From assembly GCA_037925075.1 (NCBI GenBank), contig JAXSNR010000002.1, positions 657,912 through 721,911 of the forward strand: a stretch of 64,000 bases of DNA, written 5' to 3'. Positions 37,420 to 46,397 of this stretch are shown in pieces. This stretch comes from Aquificaceae bacterium (GTDB lineage: Bacteria; Aquificota; Aquificia; Aquificales; Aquificaceae). Below the pieces are notes generated by a model that was given only the letters and a program-made list of their open reading frames with translations, was not told the DNA's origin and did no database searches. The first letter of the stretch is position 1; the number at the start of each line of letters is the position of its first letter. A program made the translations under genes and the position numbers.

Positions 37420-40400
37420 TTATTTCTTTACTTCCACCTCGCACTGATCAGAAACACCATATTCGTCCCTCTTGCATTGCTCAAGGGGGATAACCTTTTT
37501 AAACTTTTCTGAGAACTCTTCCCAGTTTTCAAGAAGGTAGCCTGCCCAAGGGCTTTCTGTGTAGTGGTAGTGCCTTTCCACAAGGCTTCTCAACTCTTCC
37601 TTTTCCTCCACCTTTAGAGCTCTCGCTATCACATAGCCTGCGTTTATCCTAGCCTGTATTTCCTCATCCAACACGTAAGCGTAGCCCCCCGTCATACCCG
37701 CTCCAAAGTTTACACCCACTGGACCTAACACCACCACCACTCCGCCCGTCATGTACTCACAGCAGTGCATACCCGCACCCTCTATAACAGCGACCGCCCC
37801 ACTGTTTCTAACCGCAAAACGTTCTCCCGCCCTACCGCTTGCGTACAGCTCTCCACCCGTTGCACCATAAAGGCATGTGTTGCCCATTATCACATGGTTG
37901 TGTGGATCCTTTACACCCACAGGCTTTATTACAATCCTTCCCCCATACATACCCTTGCCCACATAGTCGTTGGCATCGCCTATTAGCGTCAAAGACATGC
38001 CCTTATGGTTGAAAGCTCCAAAGCTTTGACCTGCGGTGCCATAAAATACCAACTGAATAGTATCCTCTGGAAGCCCCTCATCCCTGTATCTGATAGCAAT
38101 ATGATAGGCAAGTCTTGTAGGGACGCTTCTGTCCACGTTCCTTATGGCGTATTCTCCGTAAAATCCCTGACCTTTTTCTATGTAGGGAATTACCTCTTTT
38201 TCAAGCCTTTCCGCCAACTGGCTCCTTCTTGGATTGTCGTTTCTTTCCTGCATACACCTTAACGGCTTGTCCTTTGGATAGCCTTCTTTTAGGAATTCCT
38301 CCAGCTTTACCCTCTTAGAGCCTGGTATATGGTCGTAGGTCTTAAAGCTCAAAAGGTCCCTCCTGCCTATTATTTCATCCAAGGACCTCACACCCATTTC
38401 TGCCAGTATCTCCCTTACCTCCTGAGCTACCGCTCTAAAGTAGGCCATCACATTCTCCACCCTGCCCTTGAACTTCTCCCTGTACTTAGGGTCTTGGGTA
38501 GCCACGCCCGTGGGACATTGGTTTGTGTGACACATCCTCGCCATAACGCACCCTTCCGCTATCATGGCAGCTGTGCCAAAGCCAAACTCCTCCGCACCGA
38601 GAAGAGCCCCTATCACCACATCTTTGCCCGTTCTCATACCTCCGTCCACCCTTAGACGCACCTTGTCCCTAAGAGAGTTTTCCATAAGCACCCTTTGAGT
38701 TTCAGAAATTCCTATCTCCCAGTAATTACCTGCATTCTTTATAGAAGAATAAGGGCTTGCACCAGTACCACCTTCCATACCGCTTATTTGAATTATGTCC
38801 GCGTAAGCCTTTGCCACACCTGCCGCCACAGTTCCCACACCTGTTTCCGCCACTAACTTTACGCATACCTTTGCCTTTGGGTTTGCCTCCTTTAGGTCAT
38901 TTATGAGCTGGGCAAGGTCTTCTATGGAGTAGATATCATGATGGGGTGGTGGGGATATGAGGGTTATTCCCGGCTGTGCATGTCTTAGTCTTGCTATGTA
39001 TTCATTGACCTTTTTACCGGGAAGCTGTCCTCCTTCTCCCGGCTTTGCACCTTGAGCTATCTTTATCTCAATATCCACCGCGGACGCAAGGTATGTGGGA
39101 GTCACGCCAAAGCGTCCAGACGCCACCTGTTTTATGGCAGAGTTCTTTATGGTCCAGTATCTGGCTGGATCCTCTCCACCCTCTCCAGAGTTGCTTTTCA
39201 TGCCAAGTCTGTTGCAGGCTTCCGCGATTACCTCATGGGCTTCGGGAGACAGTGCACCCAAGGACATACCACCGGTGACAAACCTCTTGAGTATGCTTTC
39301 TACAGGCTCCACCTCCTCTATGGGGATAGGCTTTTCCGCCCTTTTGTAATCAAGGAGATGTCTTATAAAGGTGGGGTGCTCTTCGTTGGCAATTCTGGAA
39401 AACTCCTTGTAATCTTCGTAGTTCTTTGTTTCCAAGAACTTATGCAGTGCTCTAACCACAAAGGGAGACCAAGCATGCCACTGCCCACCCTTTCTAAACT
39501 TCATATCTCCGCCGTAATCAAGCTCTGGCTTTTCCACCTCGTAGCCCGCGTCATGCCTTGCCAGAAGACTATTTTGAATTTCAAAGACACCATCCGCCTC
39601 AAGGGTTACAGGCGTGCCGGGGAAGTACTCCTCCACAAAATCCCTGTTTAGACAGACCGTGTCAAAGATCCTTGCACCTTGATAGGAGTTAAGGGTAGAA
39701 ATGCCCATCTTGGACATAATCTTTAAAAGCCCATCTTCCAAAGCCTTTTTGTAATTGAGAACCGCTTGCTCGTAAGGCACCTTTATCTCTCCCTTCTGGC
39801 ACAGGTCCGCGATAAGCTCGTACATAAGGTACGGGTAGATGGCGGAAGCACCATAACCTATAAGGCAAGCCATATGGTGCGTGTCTCTGGCTTCTCCTGT
39901 TTCCACCACTATAGAGACCTTGTTGGAAAGCCCACGTTCAGAAAGCCACTTAAAGACAGCAGAGACCGCCAAAAGACTCGGAACCGCAAGCCTGTGTTTG
40001 GAAAGGTTCTTGTCCGAAAGTACTATTATTTCCGCTCCCTCCTTTACCGCCTCCTCTACCCTCCTACAGACTATTTCCACGCCAAGCCTAAGGTCGCATA
40101 TGGTAATACCCTCATACATGGCATCGTAGAGTATATCCGTGATCCTCCTCTCTCCCGCAATGTCTTGAAGCTCCACCACGCAGTAGCTCCTCTCCTTTGG
40201 ATAGGTCATAGGAACCCATGCCACTTTAAATTCTTTTTGCTCCATAAGAGCCTTAAACTGGTTTGGTAGGAGTATGGGGCTTTCTATCTGAAGCCTTTTG
40301 GCATGTTCTTCTTCTTCCTTTAAAAAGTTCCTCTTGTGCCCAAGGTTCATTCTAAGGGACATGACCGCCCTTTCTCTTATGGGGTCTATGGGTGGGTTTG

Positions 40401-41910
40401 TAACCTGTGCAAACCTTTGCTTGAAGTATCTAAAAAGTAAAACGGGCTTTTCCGAAAGGGGTGGTATGGGGGTATCATCTCCCATGGAAAAGGTGATTTC
40501 CTTCCCTTCTTCCGCCATAGGTGCCAACACGTTCTTTATCTCCTCCTGTGCGTAGCCAAAGGCGACCAACTTCCTTAGCATATCTGGGTCTTTCTTGGGC
40601 TCTGGAATGGCGTAGTCCTTTACCAAATTGTTTAGCCTCACAAGATGTTTTTTAAGCCACTCTCCATAAGGCTTTTGAGAAGAAAGCTCCTTGAGTATCT
40701 CTTCCGTTTCTTTTACCTTTCCCGTTGAAAGGTCTACCACCAAGGTATCACCTGGTCCAAGCCTACCCTTTTTAAGAACCTTCCTATCAGAGAGATCTAC
40801 CATACCCACCTCAGAACCAAGCACAAGTATGCCATCTTCCGTTAGCACGTATCTGGCAGGTCTTAGACCGTTCCTGTCGAGGTGGGCTCCTATCTTCTTG
40901 CCATCGGTGAAGGCAATACTTGCGGGACCATCCCAAGGCTTCATCATAAGAGACTGAAACTCAAAAAACTCCTTTACTTCCTTGGCAAGCCAAGGCACGC
41001 CTTCCCATGCGGGGGGTATAAGCATGTTTATGGCATGCTCAGGGTTGTAGCCCACAAGCACCAAAAGCTCAAAGACCCTGTCTAGGGATGCGGAATCGCT
41101 CTCCTCGTAAGACACTAAAGGTCTTACAAGCTTTATGTTTTCTCCCAAAAGTTCGTGCTCAAGCTCGTGCTCAATGGCCCTCATCCAGTTCCTGTTGCCA
41201 AGGATGGTATTTATCTCACCGTTATGGGCAAGATACCTAAAGGGTTGGGCAAGCTTCCAGTTGGGAAAGGTGTTGGTGGAATACCTCTGATGGAAAAGGC
41301 AAAAGGCGGATTCAATCCTTTCATCCTTTAGCTCAGGATAGAAAACATCCAACTGGGGTGCCACCAACATGCCCTTATAGACCAAGCTCTTAGAAGAAAG
41401 GGAAGCAACATAAACCTTATCCTTTAGCTTCTTATCTGTTTCAATACGACGCCTGAGAAGGTAAAGCTCTAATTCTCTCCTTTCCTCTGGGACTTTACCC
41501 ATATCTACCAAAAGGTGGTATATCTTTGGCATAACTTTGAGGGCAGACTCACCCACCGCAGATTTATCCACAGGCACCTCCCTCCAAGCTACGAAGGAAA
41601 TGGAGGATCTTCTTATGTAATCTTCTATCTGAGGTCTAACATCCTCGTAGAGAAATAGGCTACCCACCGCAAGGTTGTTTATGTCAGAGACCTCATAACC
41701 CTCTTCCGAAAGCCAGTCTGCAAAGAATTTTCTTGGAATTTCTATAAGAACGCCCGCACCGTCTCCCGTTTTGCCATCACCACCTATGGCACCCCTGTGG
41801 GTGAGGTTTTTTACCGCCTGTATGCCCCAAAGGACTATTTGATGGCTTTTTTCACCCCTTATGTTGCACACAAAACCTACACCGCAAGCATCGTACTCCA
41901 AAAGCTCCAT
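37420..41910 (-). CDS. gltB: Glutamate synthase large subunit, probably monomeric ferredoxin-dependent type
   Basis: DACGVGF, HRGA, HQRYSTNT, HNGEIN, EIKIAQGAKPGEGGQL, CVMARMCHTNQCP; no adjacent gltD; ATG 41910 with SD. Confidence 0.95.
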   Translation of the reverse strand: MELLEYDACGVGFVCNIRGEKSHQIVLWGIQAVKNLTHRGAIGGDGKTGDGAGVLIEIPRKFFADWLSEEGYEVSDINNLAVGSLFLYEDVRPQIEDYIRRSSISFVAWREVPVDKSAVGESALKVMPKIYHLLVDMGKVPEERRELELYLLRRRIETDKKLKDKVYVASLSSKSLVYKGMLVAPQLDVFYPELKDERIESAFCLFHQRYSTNTFPNWKLAQPFRYLAHNGEINTILGNRNWMRAIEHELEHELLGENIKLVRPLVSYEESDSASLDRVFELLVLVGYNPEHAINMLIPPAWEGVPWLAKEVKEFFEFQSLMMKPWDGPASIAFTDGKKIGAHLDRNGLRPARYVLTEDGILVLGSEVGMVDLSDRKVLKKGRLGPGDTLVVDLSTGKVKETEEILKELSSQKPYGEWLKKHLVRLNNLVKDYAIPEPKKDPDMLRKLVAFGYAQEEIKNVLAPMAEEGKEITFSMGDDTPIPPLSEKPVLLFRYFKQRFAQVTNPPIDPIRERAVMSLRMNLGHKRNFLKEEEEHAKRLQIESPILLPNQFKALMEQKEFKVAWVPMTYPKERSYCVVELQDIAGERRITDILYDAMYEGITICDLRLGVEIVCRRVEEAVKEGAEIIVLSDKNLSKHRLAVPSLLAVSAVFKWLSERGLSNKVSIVVETGEARDTHHMACLIGYGASAIYPYLMYELIADLCQKGEIKVPYEQAVLNYKKALEDGLLKIMSKMGISTLNSYQGARIFDTVCLNRDFVEEYFPGTPVTLEADGVFEIQNSLLARHDAGYEVEKPELDYGGDMKFRKGGQWHAWSPFVVRALHKFLETKNYEDYKEFSRIANEEHPTFIRHLLDYKRAEKPIPIEEVEPVESILKRFVTGGMSLGALSPEAHEVIAEACNRLGMKSNSGEGGEDPARYWTIKNSAIKQVASGRFGVTPTYLASAVDIEIKIAQGAKPGEGGQLPGKKVNEYIARLRHAQPGITLISPPPHHDIYSIEDLAQLINDLKEANPKAKVCVKLVAETGVGTVAAGVAKAYADIIQISGMEGGTGASPYSSIKNAGNYWEIGISETQRVLMENSLRDKVRLRVDGGMRTGKDVVIGALLGAEEFGFGTAAMIAEGCVMARMCHTNQCPTGVATQDPKYREKFKGRVENVMAYFRAVAQEVREILAEMGVRSLDEIIGRRDLLSFKTYDHIPGSKRVKLEEFLKEGYPKDKPLRCMQERNDNPRRSQLAERLEKEVIPYIEKGQGFYGEYAIRNVDRSVPTRLAYHIAIRYRDEGLPEDTIQLVFYGTAGQSFGAFNHKGMSLTLIGDANDYVGKGMYGGRIVIKPVGVKDPHNHVIMGNTCLYGATGGELYASGRAGERFAVRNSGAVAVIEGAGMHCCEYMTGGVVVVLGPVGVNFGAGMTGGYAYVLDEEIQARINAGYVIARALKVEEKEELRSLVERHYHYTESPWAGYLLENWEEFSEKFKKVIPLEQCKRDEYGVSDQCEVEVKK

Positions 41911-41989
41911 CTCTTCACCTCTCAAAAGGATAAATGGGCTAATATTTTAATATAGGAACAATAGCTTTATGTGGTTTCCTTTTAAACCA

Positions 41990-42022
41990 GTTAATCTACG
42001 GTTAAGCTTTGGAACTTATCAT
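41990..42022 (+). promoter_or_regulatory. Putative OmpR-type binding box and -10 element of the TCS operon
   Basis: GTTAAT(41990)/GTTAAG(42001) direct repeat 11 bp apart; TATCAT at 42017; mirrored at 44182-44214. Confidence 0.6.
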
Positions 42023-42052
42023 ATAACCATAAAACCTAAAGGAGGTGCTGTC

Positions 42053-42340
42053 ATGAAAAAAGTGCTTGTCATAATTGCCACATTGGGAAGTCTTTCAACC
42101 TTTACCTTTGCCTATGAACCACCTAACAAGCTCTGGTGTCAACAAAACTGGGATAAGTGCAAGCAGTTTATGGAGGAAAGTCTCAAGATAAGAGAAAGGA
42201 GCATTGCCAGAGAAAGGGATTGCCTACAAAAGGCTGGGGACTTTCCGGCTTTTAGAGGGTGCAAGGCTCAGGCAAAGGAACAAACCAAAAAGGAGATGTT
42301 TGAGTTAAGACAAAGATTTATGCAGGGTGCAGGAAGGTGA
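42053..42340 (+). CDS. Small secreted helical protein with four Cys, first gene of TCS operon
   Basis: SD AAGGAGG before ATG 42053; signal peptide; WCQQNWDKC and CLQKAGDFPAFRGC; overlaps RR start. Confidence 0.85.
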   Translation: MKKVLVIIATLGSLSTFTFAYEPPNKLWCQQNWDKCKQFMEESLKIRERSIARERDCLQKAGDFPAFRGCKAQAKEQTKKEMFELRQRFMQGAGR

Positions 42341-42987
42341 AACTGCTCCTTGTGGAAGATGATAGGGAGCTCGCGACCGCACTAAAGGAGCTTTTGGAAG
42401 GTGAGGGCTTTAGGGTGAGGCTTGCCCTTGATGGGAAGCGGGGGCTTGACCTCGCCCTTTCTGAAGATTTTGACCTTATATTGCTGGACTACTTCCTGCC
42501 AAGTATGAATGGGAGGGAATTTCTCAAAAGGCTTAGAGAAGAAGGCTCAAAGGTGCCAGTTATAGCCATCACCGTGGTCTCCGATGTTAAGAATAAGGTA
42601 GATTTTTTTCAGATGGGTGTGGATGACTACATTACAAAGCCCTTTCATTTTGAGGAGCTTCTTGCCCGTATAGGGGCGGTCTTAAGAAGATATGCGGGGA
42701 TTGAAAAGGCTGAGGTGGACTTGGAAACTATAAGGATAGACCTAAACAGAAAAAGGGTTTTTACCGAAAAGGGCGAGGTATCTCTGACATCTGCGGAATA
42801 TCTCTTGCTTGAGTATCTTGTACTAAACAGGGGCAGGTTTGTCTCAAGGGAGGAGCTTTTAGAAAGGGCTTTGGGAAACTATGAAGCGGAGGGCAACACG
42901 GTAGAGGTTCTCATACATCGCCTGAGAAGAAAGCTTGGCAGGGATGTAATCATGACAAAGAAGGGTCTTGGCTATAGGGTTATGTAA
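42337..42987 (+). CDS. OmpR-family response regulator
   Basis: LLVEDD, LILLD, DDYITKPF, VEVLIHRLRRKLG, GLGYR. Confidence 0.96.
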   Translation: MKLLLVEDDRELATALKELLEGEGFRVRLALDGKRGLDLALSEDFDLILLDYFLPSMNGREFLKRLREEGSKVPVIAITVVSDVKNKVDFFQMGVDDYITKPFHFEELLARIGAVLRRYAGIEKAEVDLETIRIDLNRKRVFTEKGEVSLTSAEYLLLEYLVLNRGRFVSREELLERALGNYEAEGNTVEVLIHRLRRKLGRDVIMTKKGLGYRVM

Positions 42988-44186
42988 TGTCCCTTAGAAG
43001 GAACTTCTTTCTTTTTCTTATTGTGGTGGCTGTCTCAAGCGGGCTTTTCTTTTTGTGCATACACTTGAGTGTGGGAAAAGTTTTTTATCTTTTGGTGGAT
43101 AGCCATCTTTCAGAGGATGTGGTGGAGTTTGAAAGGCTTTATTCAGAGGGTGAGGATATAAACAAGTACGAACCTTTTGCTCTGAGAAACCATGAGGGGC
43201 TTGTGGTGGATGCAAGCAGTCTGGAGCTTATACCTACTTTTAAGCCTGACGCAGTGCCTTATGTGGAAAACTTCAGCTTTGGAGACAAAACCTACCGCTT
43301 TATAACCACTAGGACTTCAAAGGGTTTTTATTTACAGTACGGTATGGATATATCCCAAAGCTTGAAGTTTCTAAAACTTTTGGGTTATATGCTGATGGCA
43401 GGTTGGTTAGCCTTTGTATCTTTATTGCTTATCTTCTACTGGTTTTTTGTAAAAAGGAGTTTGCTTGGGCTTGAATTGGCGGTCAGAAGAAGCCTTGAAG
43501 GAAAAGAGGTAAAAACCTACATGGAAATAGAACCTTTGGTGGCAGAGCTTCGGCAAAAGATAAAAGACCTAAGGGAACAATCTCAACATTACAGGGACCT
43601 CCTTATGGTTCTTAGCCACTCTTTAAAGACGCCTTTGGGCAGGCTTTACCTAAAGCTGGAACTTCTATCAAAAAGACACAGTGATTTGAACCTTGAGGAG
43701 ATAAGGAGGGAGCTTGAAAGTATAGAAAAAAGCTCAAGGGCTTTCCTTAGGCTCACAAAGTTAGAAACTCAGGCTTACCATCCTAATATTCAAAGATGTA
43801 ATCTAAAGGAGCTTTTAGAATTACTTTTTAAGGTTTATTCTTCTGCCAACATAAGGGCACAGATGGACGAGGTTTATACAGAGTGTGACCCAGAGCTTGC
43901 CATGGAGGTTTTTCATGTGCTTTTGGATAACGCCATAAGGCATGGAGAGGGTGATGTGCTTCTATCTTTAAAAGGTTGCGAGCTAAGAGTAGAAAACCTA
44001 TCTTCAAAACCGGTGGACGAAAGCCTTTTTGAGGAGCCAAAGGGCAAGAGATTGGGAGGTGTGGGACTCTATATAGCCAAAAGGCTTTGTCAGGTGCTTG
44101 GCTGGTCTTTGAGGATGGAACAAAGAAGGGAAGGAGAGCTATACAGGGTGTCCTTTAGCGTAGTGTTCTGTGAAAAGAGTTATTAA
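42987..44186 (+). CDS. Sensor histidine kinase
   Basis: Two TM helices, H-box SHSLKTPL, N-box LLDNAIRH, GVGLYIA. Confidence 0.92.
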   Translation: MSLRRNFFLFLIVVAVSSGLFFLCIHLSVGKVFYLLVDSHLSEDVVEFERLYSEGEDINKYEPFALRNHEGLVVDASSLELIPTFKPDAVPYVENFSFGDKTYRFITTRTSKGFYLQYGMDISQSLKFLKLLGYMLMAGWLAFVSLLLIFYWFFVKRSLLGLELAVRRSLEGKEVKTYMEIEPLVAELRQKIKDLREQSQHYRDLLMVLSHSLKTPLGRLYLKLELLSKRHSDLNLEEIRRELESIEKSSRAFLRLTKLETQAYHPNIQRCNLKELLELLFKVYSSANIRAQMDEVYTECDPELAMEVFHVLLDNAIRHGEGDVLLSLKGCELRVENLSSKPVDESLFEEPKGKRLGGVGLYIAKRLCQVLGWSLRMEQRREGELYRVSFSVVFCEKSY

Positions 44187-44214
44187 TCTTCCGTTAATAT
44201 CTTTTGTCTATAAT
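44182..44214 (+). promoter_or_regulatory. Putative OmpR-type binding box and -10 element of the RND pump operon
   Basis: ATTAAT(44182)/GTTAAT(44193) 11 bp apart; TATAAT at 44209. Confidence 0.6.
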
Positions 44215-44223
44215 AAAACTCTA

Positions 44224-45408
44224 ATGCTTGTAGCTTTTCTTTTTGCTTTCTTTGGACTTTCCTTTGCCATTGACTTAAAAAGTGCGGTACAGTTTTCCAT
44301 AGAGAACAGTCCCTATTTAAAGGGGCTTCCCGCAGAGAGGCTCTCCTATGAGGGTAAAAGGCTTAGCTACCGTTCAAGTCTCAACCCAAGCCTATCCGTG
44401 GAGGTGGGAAACTTTGGCACCTCAAAGGAGGGCTTTTCAAAGGCACCAGTGCACAGCATTACCTATACGCAACCCCTTTTGTACCCGTCCCTTTTCAAGA
44501 AGGTAGAAGAGCTGTACCACTTGCAAAGCAAAGCCTTAGACTATCGTATAGAGTCAGAAAAGAACAAGCTTGCTCAGGAGGCATACCTACTCTTTTATCA
44601 AGCACTCTATATGCAAGAGCTTTTAAAGATGTTGGAGGAAGAGCTAAAGCTTCAACGGGAGATTAAGGACTTTGTGGAAAAAGGCTTTAAACTCGGTGAG
44701 AATACAAGGCTTGAGCTTTTAAGGGCTCAAAGGGAACTGCAACTGCTTGAGGGAGAAAAAGACATAGCTTATTCAAGATACAAGGCATTCTTGGAGGAGC
44801 TTTCTATCCTTACTGGAAGAGAGATAAAGGAAGTACAGGGCTCCTTTATCTTGCCCAAGTGGCAGGAGGTGGAGCTCGAAAGCCTGCCCTTCTTTACCTA
44901 CTACAATGTCCTAATTAAAAGCCTTTCAAGAAAGATGGATGTGGAGAGGTTGCTATCAAAACCCTCTTACTCGGTAAGCTTCACCACGGAAAAAGTCGCT
45001 GACAAAGAATATGGTTTTAGGTTGGGGCTTTCGGTTAACTTGCCAATCTTTTACGCAAGGCAGGGAGAGATACTTGAACTAAAGGCTCAGGAAAGACTGC
45101 TTTTTGCAGAAGCGGAAACTCAAAGGCAAAAAGTTTTTGCACAGCTTAGGTCTGCAAAAATACAATTTGAGCAGATAAAAAAAGAGGTGGAGAATATAGA
45201 AGAAAAGCTTATACCTCAGGCTCAAAAGGAGCTGGAGCTTGCCCTCAAAAGCTACAAACTGAGAACCATAACCCTTCTGGAGCTTTCTCAAACAAAGAGG
45301 AGCTACTACGAACTTTTGAAAAGAAAGCTTGAGCTAACACTTCAAGCACATACAGAATACGCAAAAGGAATAGCCTACGGAGGGTCCGCATGGTGTGGAT
45401 GCTTTTAA
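44224..45408 (+). CDS. TolC/CzcC-family outer membrane efflux protein
   Basis: Signal peptide from ATG 44224; LSVNLPIF, helical repeats; precedes MFP and RND genes. Confidence 0.88.
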   Translation: MLVAFLFAFFGLSFAIDLKSAVQFSIENSPYLKGLPAERLSYEGKRLSYRSSLNPSLSVEVGNFGTSKEGFSKAPVHSITYTQPLLYPSLFKKVEELYHLQSKALDYRIESEKNKLAQEAYLLFYQALYMQELLKMLEEELKLQREIKDFVEKGFKLGENTRLELLRAQRELQLLEGEKDIAYSRYKAFLEELSILTGREIKEVQGSFILPKWQEVELESLPFFTYYNVLIKSLSRKMDVERLLSKPSYSVSFTTEKVADKEYGFRLGLSVNLPIFYARQGEILELKAQERLLFAEAETQRQKVFAQLRSAKIQFEQIKKEVENIEEKLIPQAQKELELALKSYKLRTITLLELSQTKRSYYELLKRKLELTLQAHTEYAKGIAYGGSAWCGCF

Positions 45409-46397
45409 TTCCTTTCCTTGTCTTTGCACAGGTTATAAGGGTGGAAGAAGCAATTATGCAAAAGCTTGGCATAAAAACTCAAAAGGTAAAGGTGGAAGTC
45501 CAAAGCCCAGAGCTAAGGCTTCCCGCCCAGCTTAGGGCAGACATGGGCAAAAGTGTAGAAATCTACTCACCCCTTGAGGGAATTGTAAAAAGGATATACA
45601 TAAAGGAGGGAGACGAGGTAAAGAAAGGACAACCCTTGGCGGAGGTGTATTCTCCAAAGGTGGCAGAACTCAACGCTCAAATTCGCATGGCACACGTTAA
45701 ACTTCAAACCGCGGAAGAAAACCTTAAAAGAGAAGAGCTTCTCTACAGGGAAGAGGTTATACCCTATGCAAGGTACTTCTCCGCAAAGGTGGAGTACGAC
45801 AAAGCCCTTGCGGAGTATAGAGCGTTGCTTCAAAGCAGGGATTCCTTAGGAGAGATAAGAGGAGAGCATCTGGTGATAAGAGCTCCTAATAGTGGTGTGG
45901 TAGTGGAGCAAAAGGCTGTACTTGGCTCCTCTGTAGGACTGGGAAGTCCTCTTTTTAAGGTGCAAGACTATTCAAGACTTTGGGCTTACGCCTACGCAGA
46001 GCCGGGCTTTAAAGTGGAAGGCGACAGCTTTGTGGAATATGAAGGGAAAAGCTATCCAGCAAGGCTTGAGTGGGTTTCTCCAAGGCTTGAGCCAGCAACT
46101 GGTAAGCAAGTTCTACGTTTTGTGGTGGAAAACAAGGATAGAAGACTAAAGGAAGGCTTAAAGGTGCATGTGATATTGAGGGGCAAGCTACAAAGGGGTG
46201 TATGGCTTCCAAAGGAAGCGGTGCAAAAAGTAAAGGGGCAGGATGTGGTTTTTGTAAAGACCGGTGAGGGGTTTCTCCCAAGGAAGATAAAGGTGCTTTC
46301 CTCTTCTGAGAAGGCTTTCTTGGTGGATGGGCTTTCAGAGGGTGAAGAGGTCGCCATAAGCGGTGTAGTATTCCTAAAGACACAGGCGGAAAGATGA
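45390..46397 (+). CDS. CzcB/CusB-family RND membrane fusion protein
   Basis: Lipoyl halves EGDEVKKGQPL and IRAPNSGVV, LPKEAVQ, GLSEGEEVAISG. Confidence 0.92.
   Translation: MVWMLLIPFLVFAQVIRVEEAIMQKLGIKTQKVKVEVQSPELRLPAQLRADMGKSVEIYSPLEGIVKRIYIKEGDEVKKGQPLAEVYSPKVAELNAQIRMAHVKLQTAEENLKREELLYREEVIPYARYFSAKVEYDKALAEYRALLQSRDSLGEIRGEHLVIRAPNSGVVVEQKAVLGSSVGLGSPLFKVQDYSRLWAYAYAEPGFKVEGDSFVEYEGKSYPARLEWVSPRLEPATGKQVLRFVVENKDRRLKEGLKVHVILRGKLQRGVWLPKEAVQKVKGQDVVFVKTGEGFLPRKIKVLSSSEKAFLVDGLSEGEEVAISGVVFLKTQAER

Noticed and set aside
41969..42052. Longer N-termini given by the ORF track (also 10710, 44170, 50456)
   Set aside because: Downstream ATGs fit SD or -10 position and signal peptides better; the extensions run through promoter DNA or upstream genes
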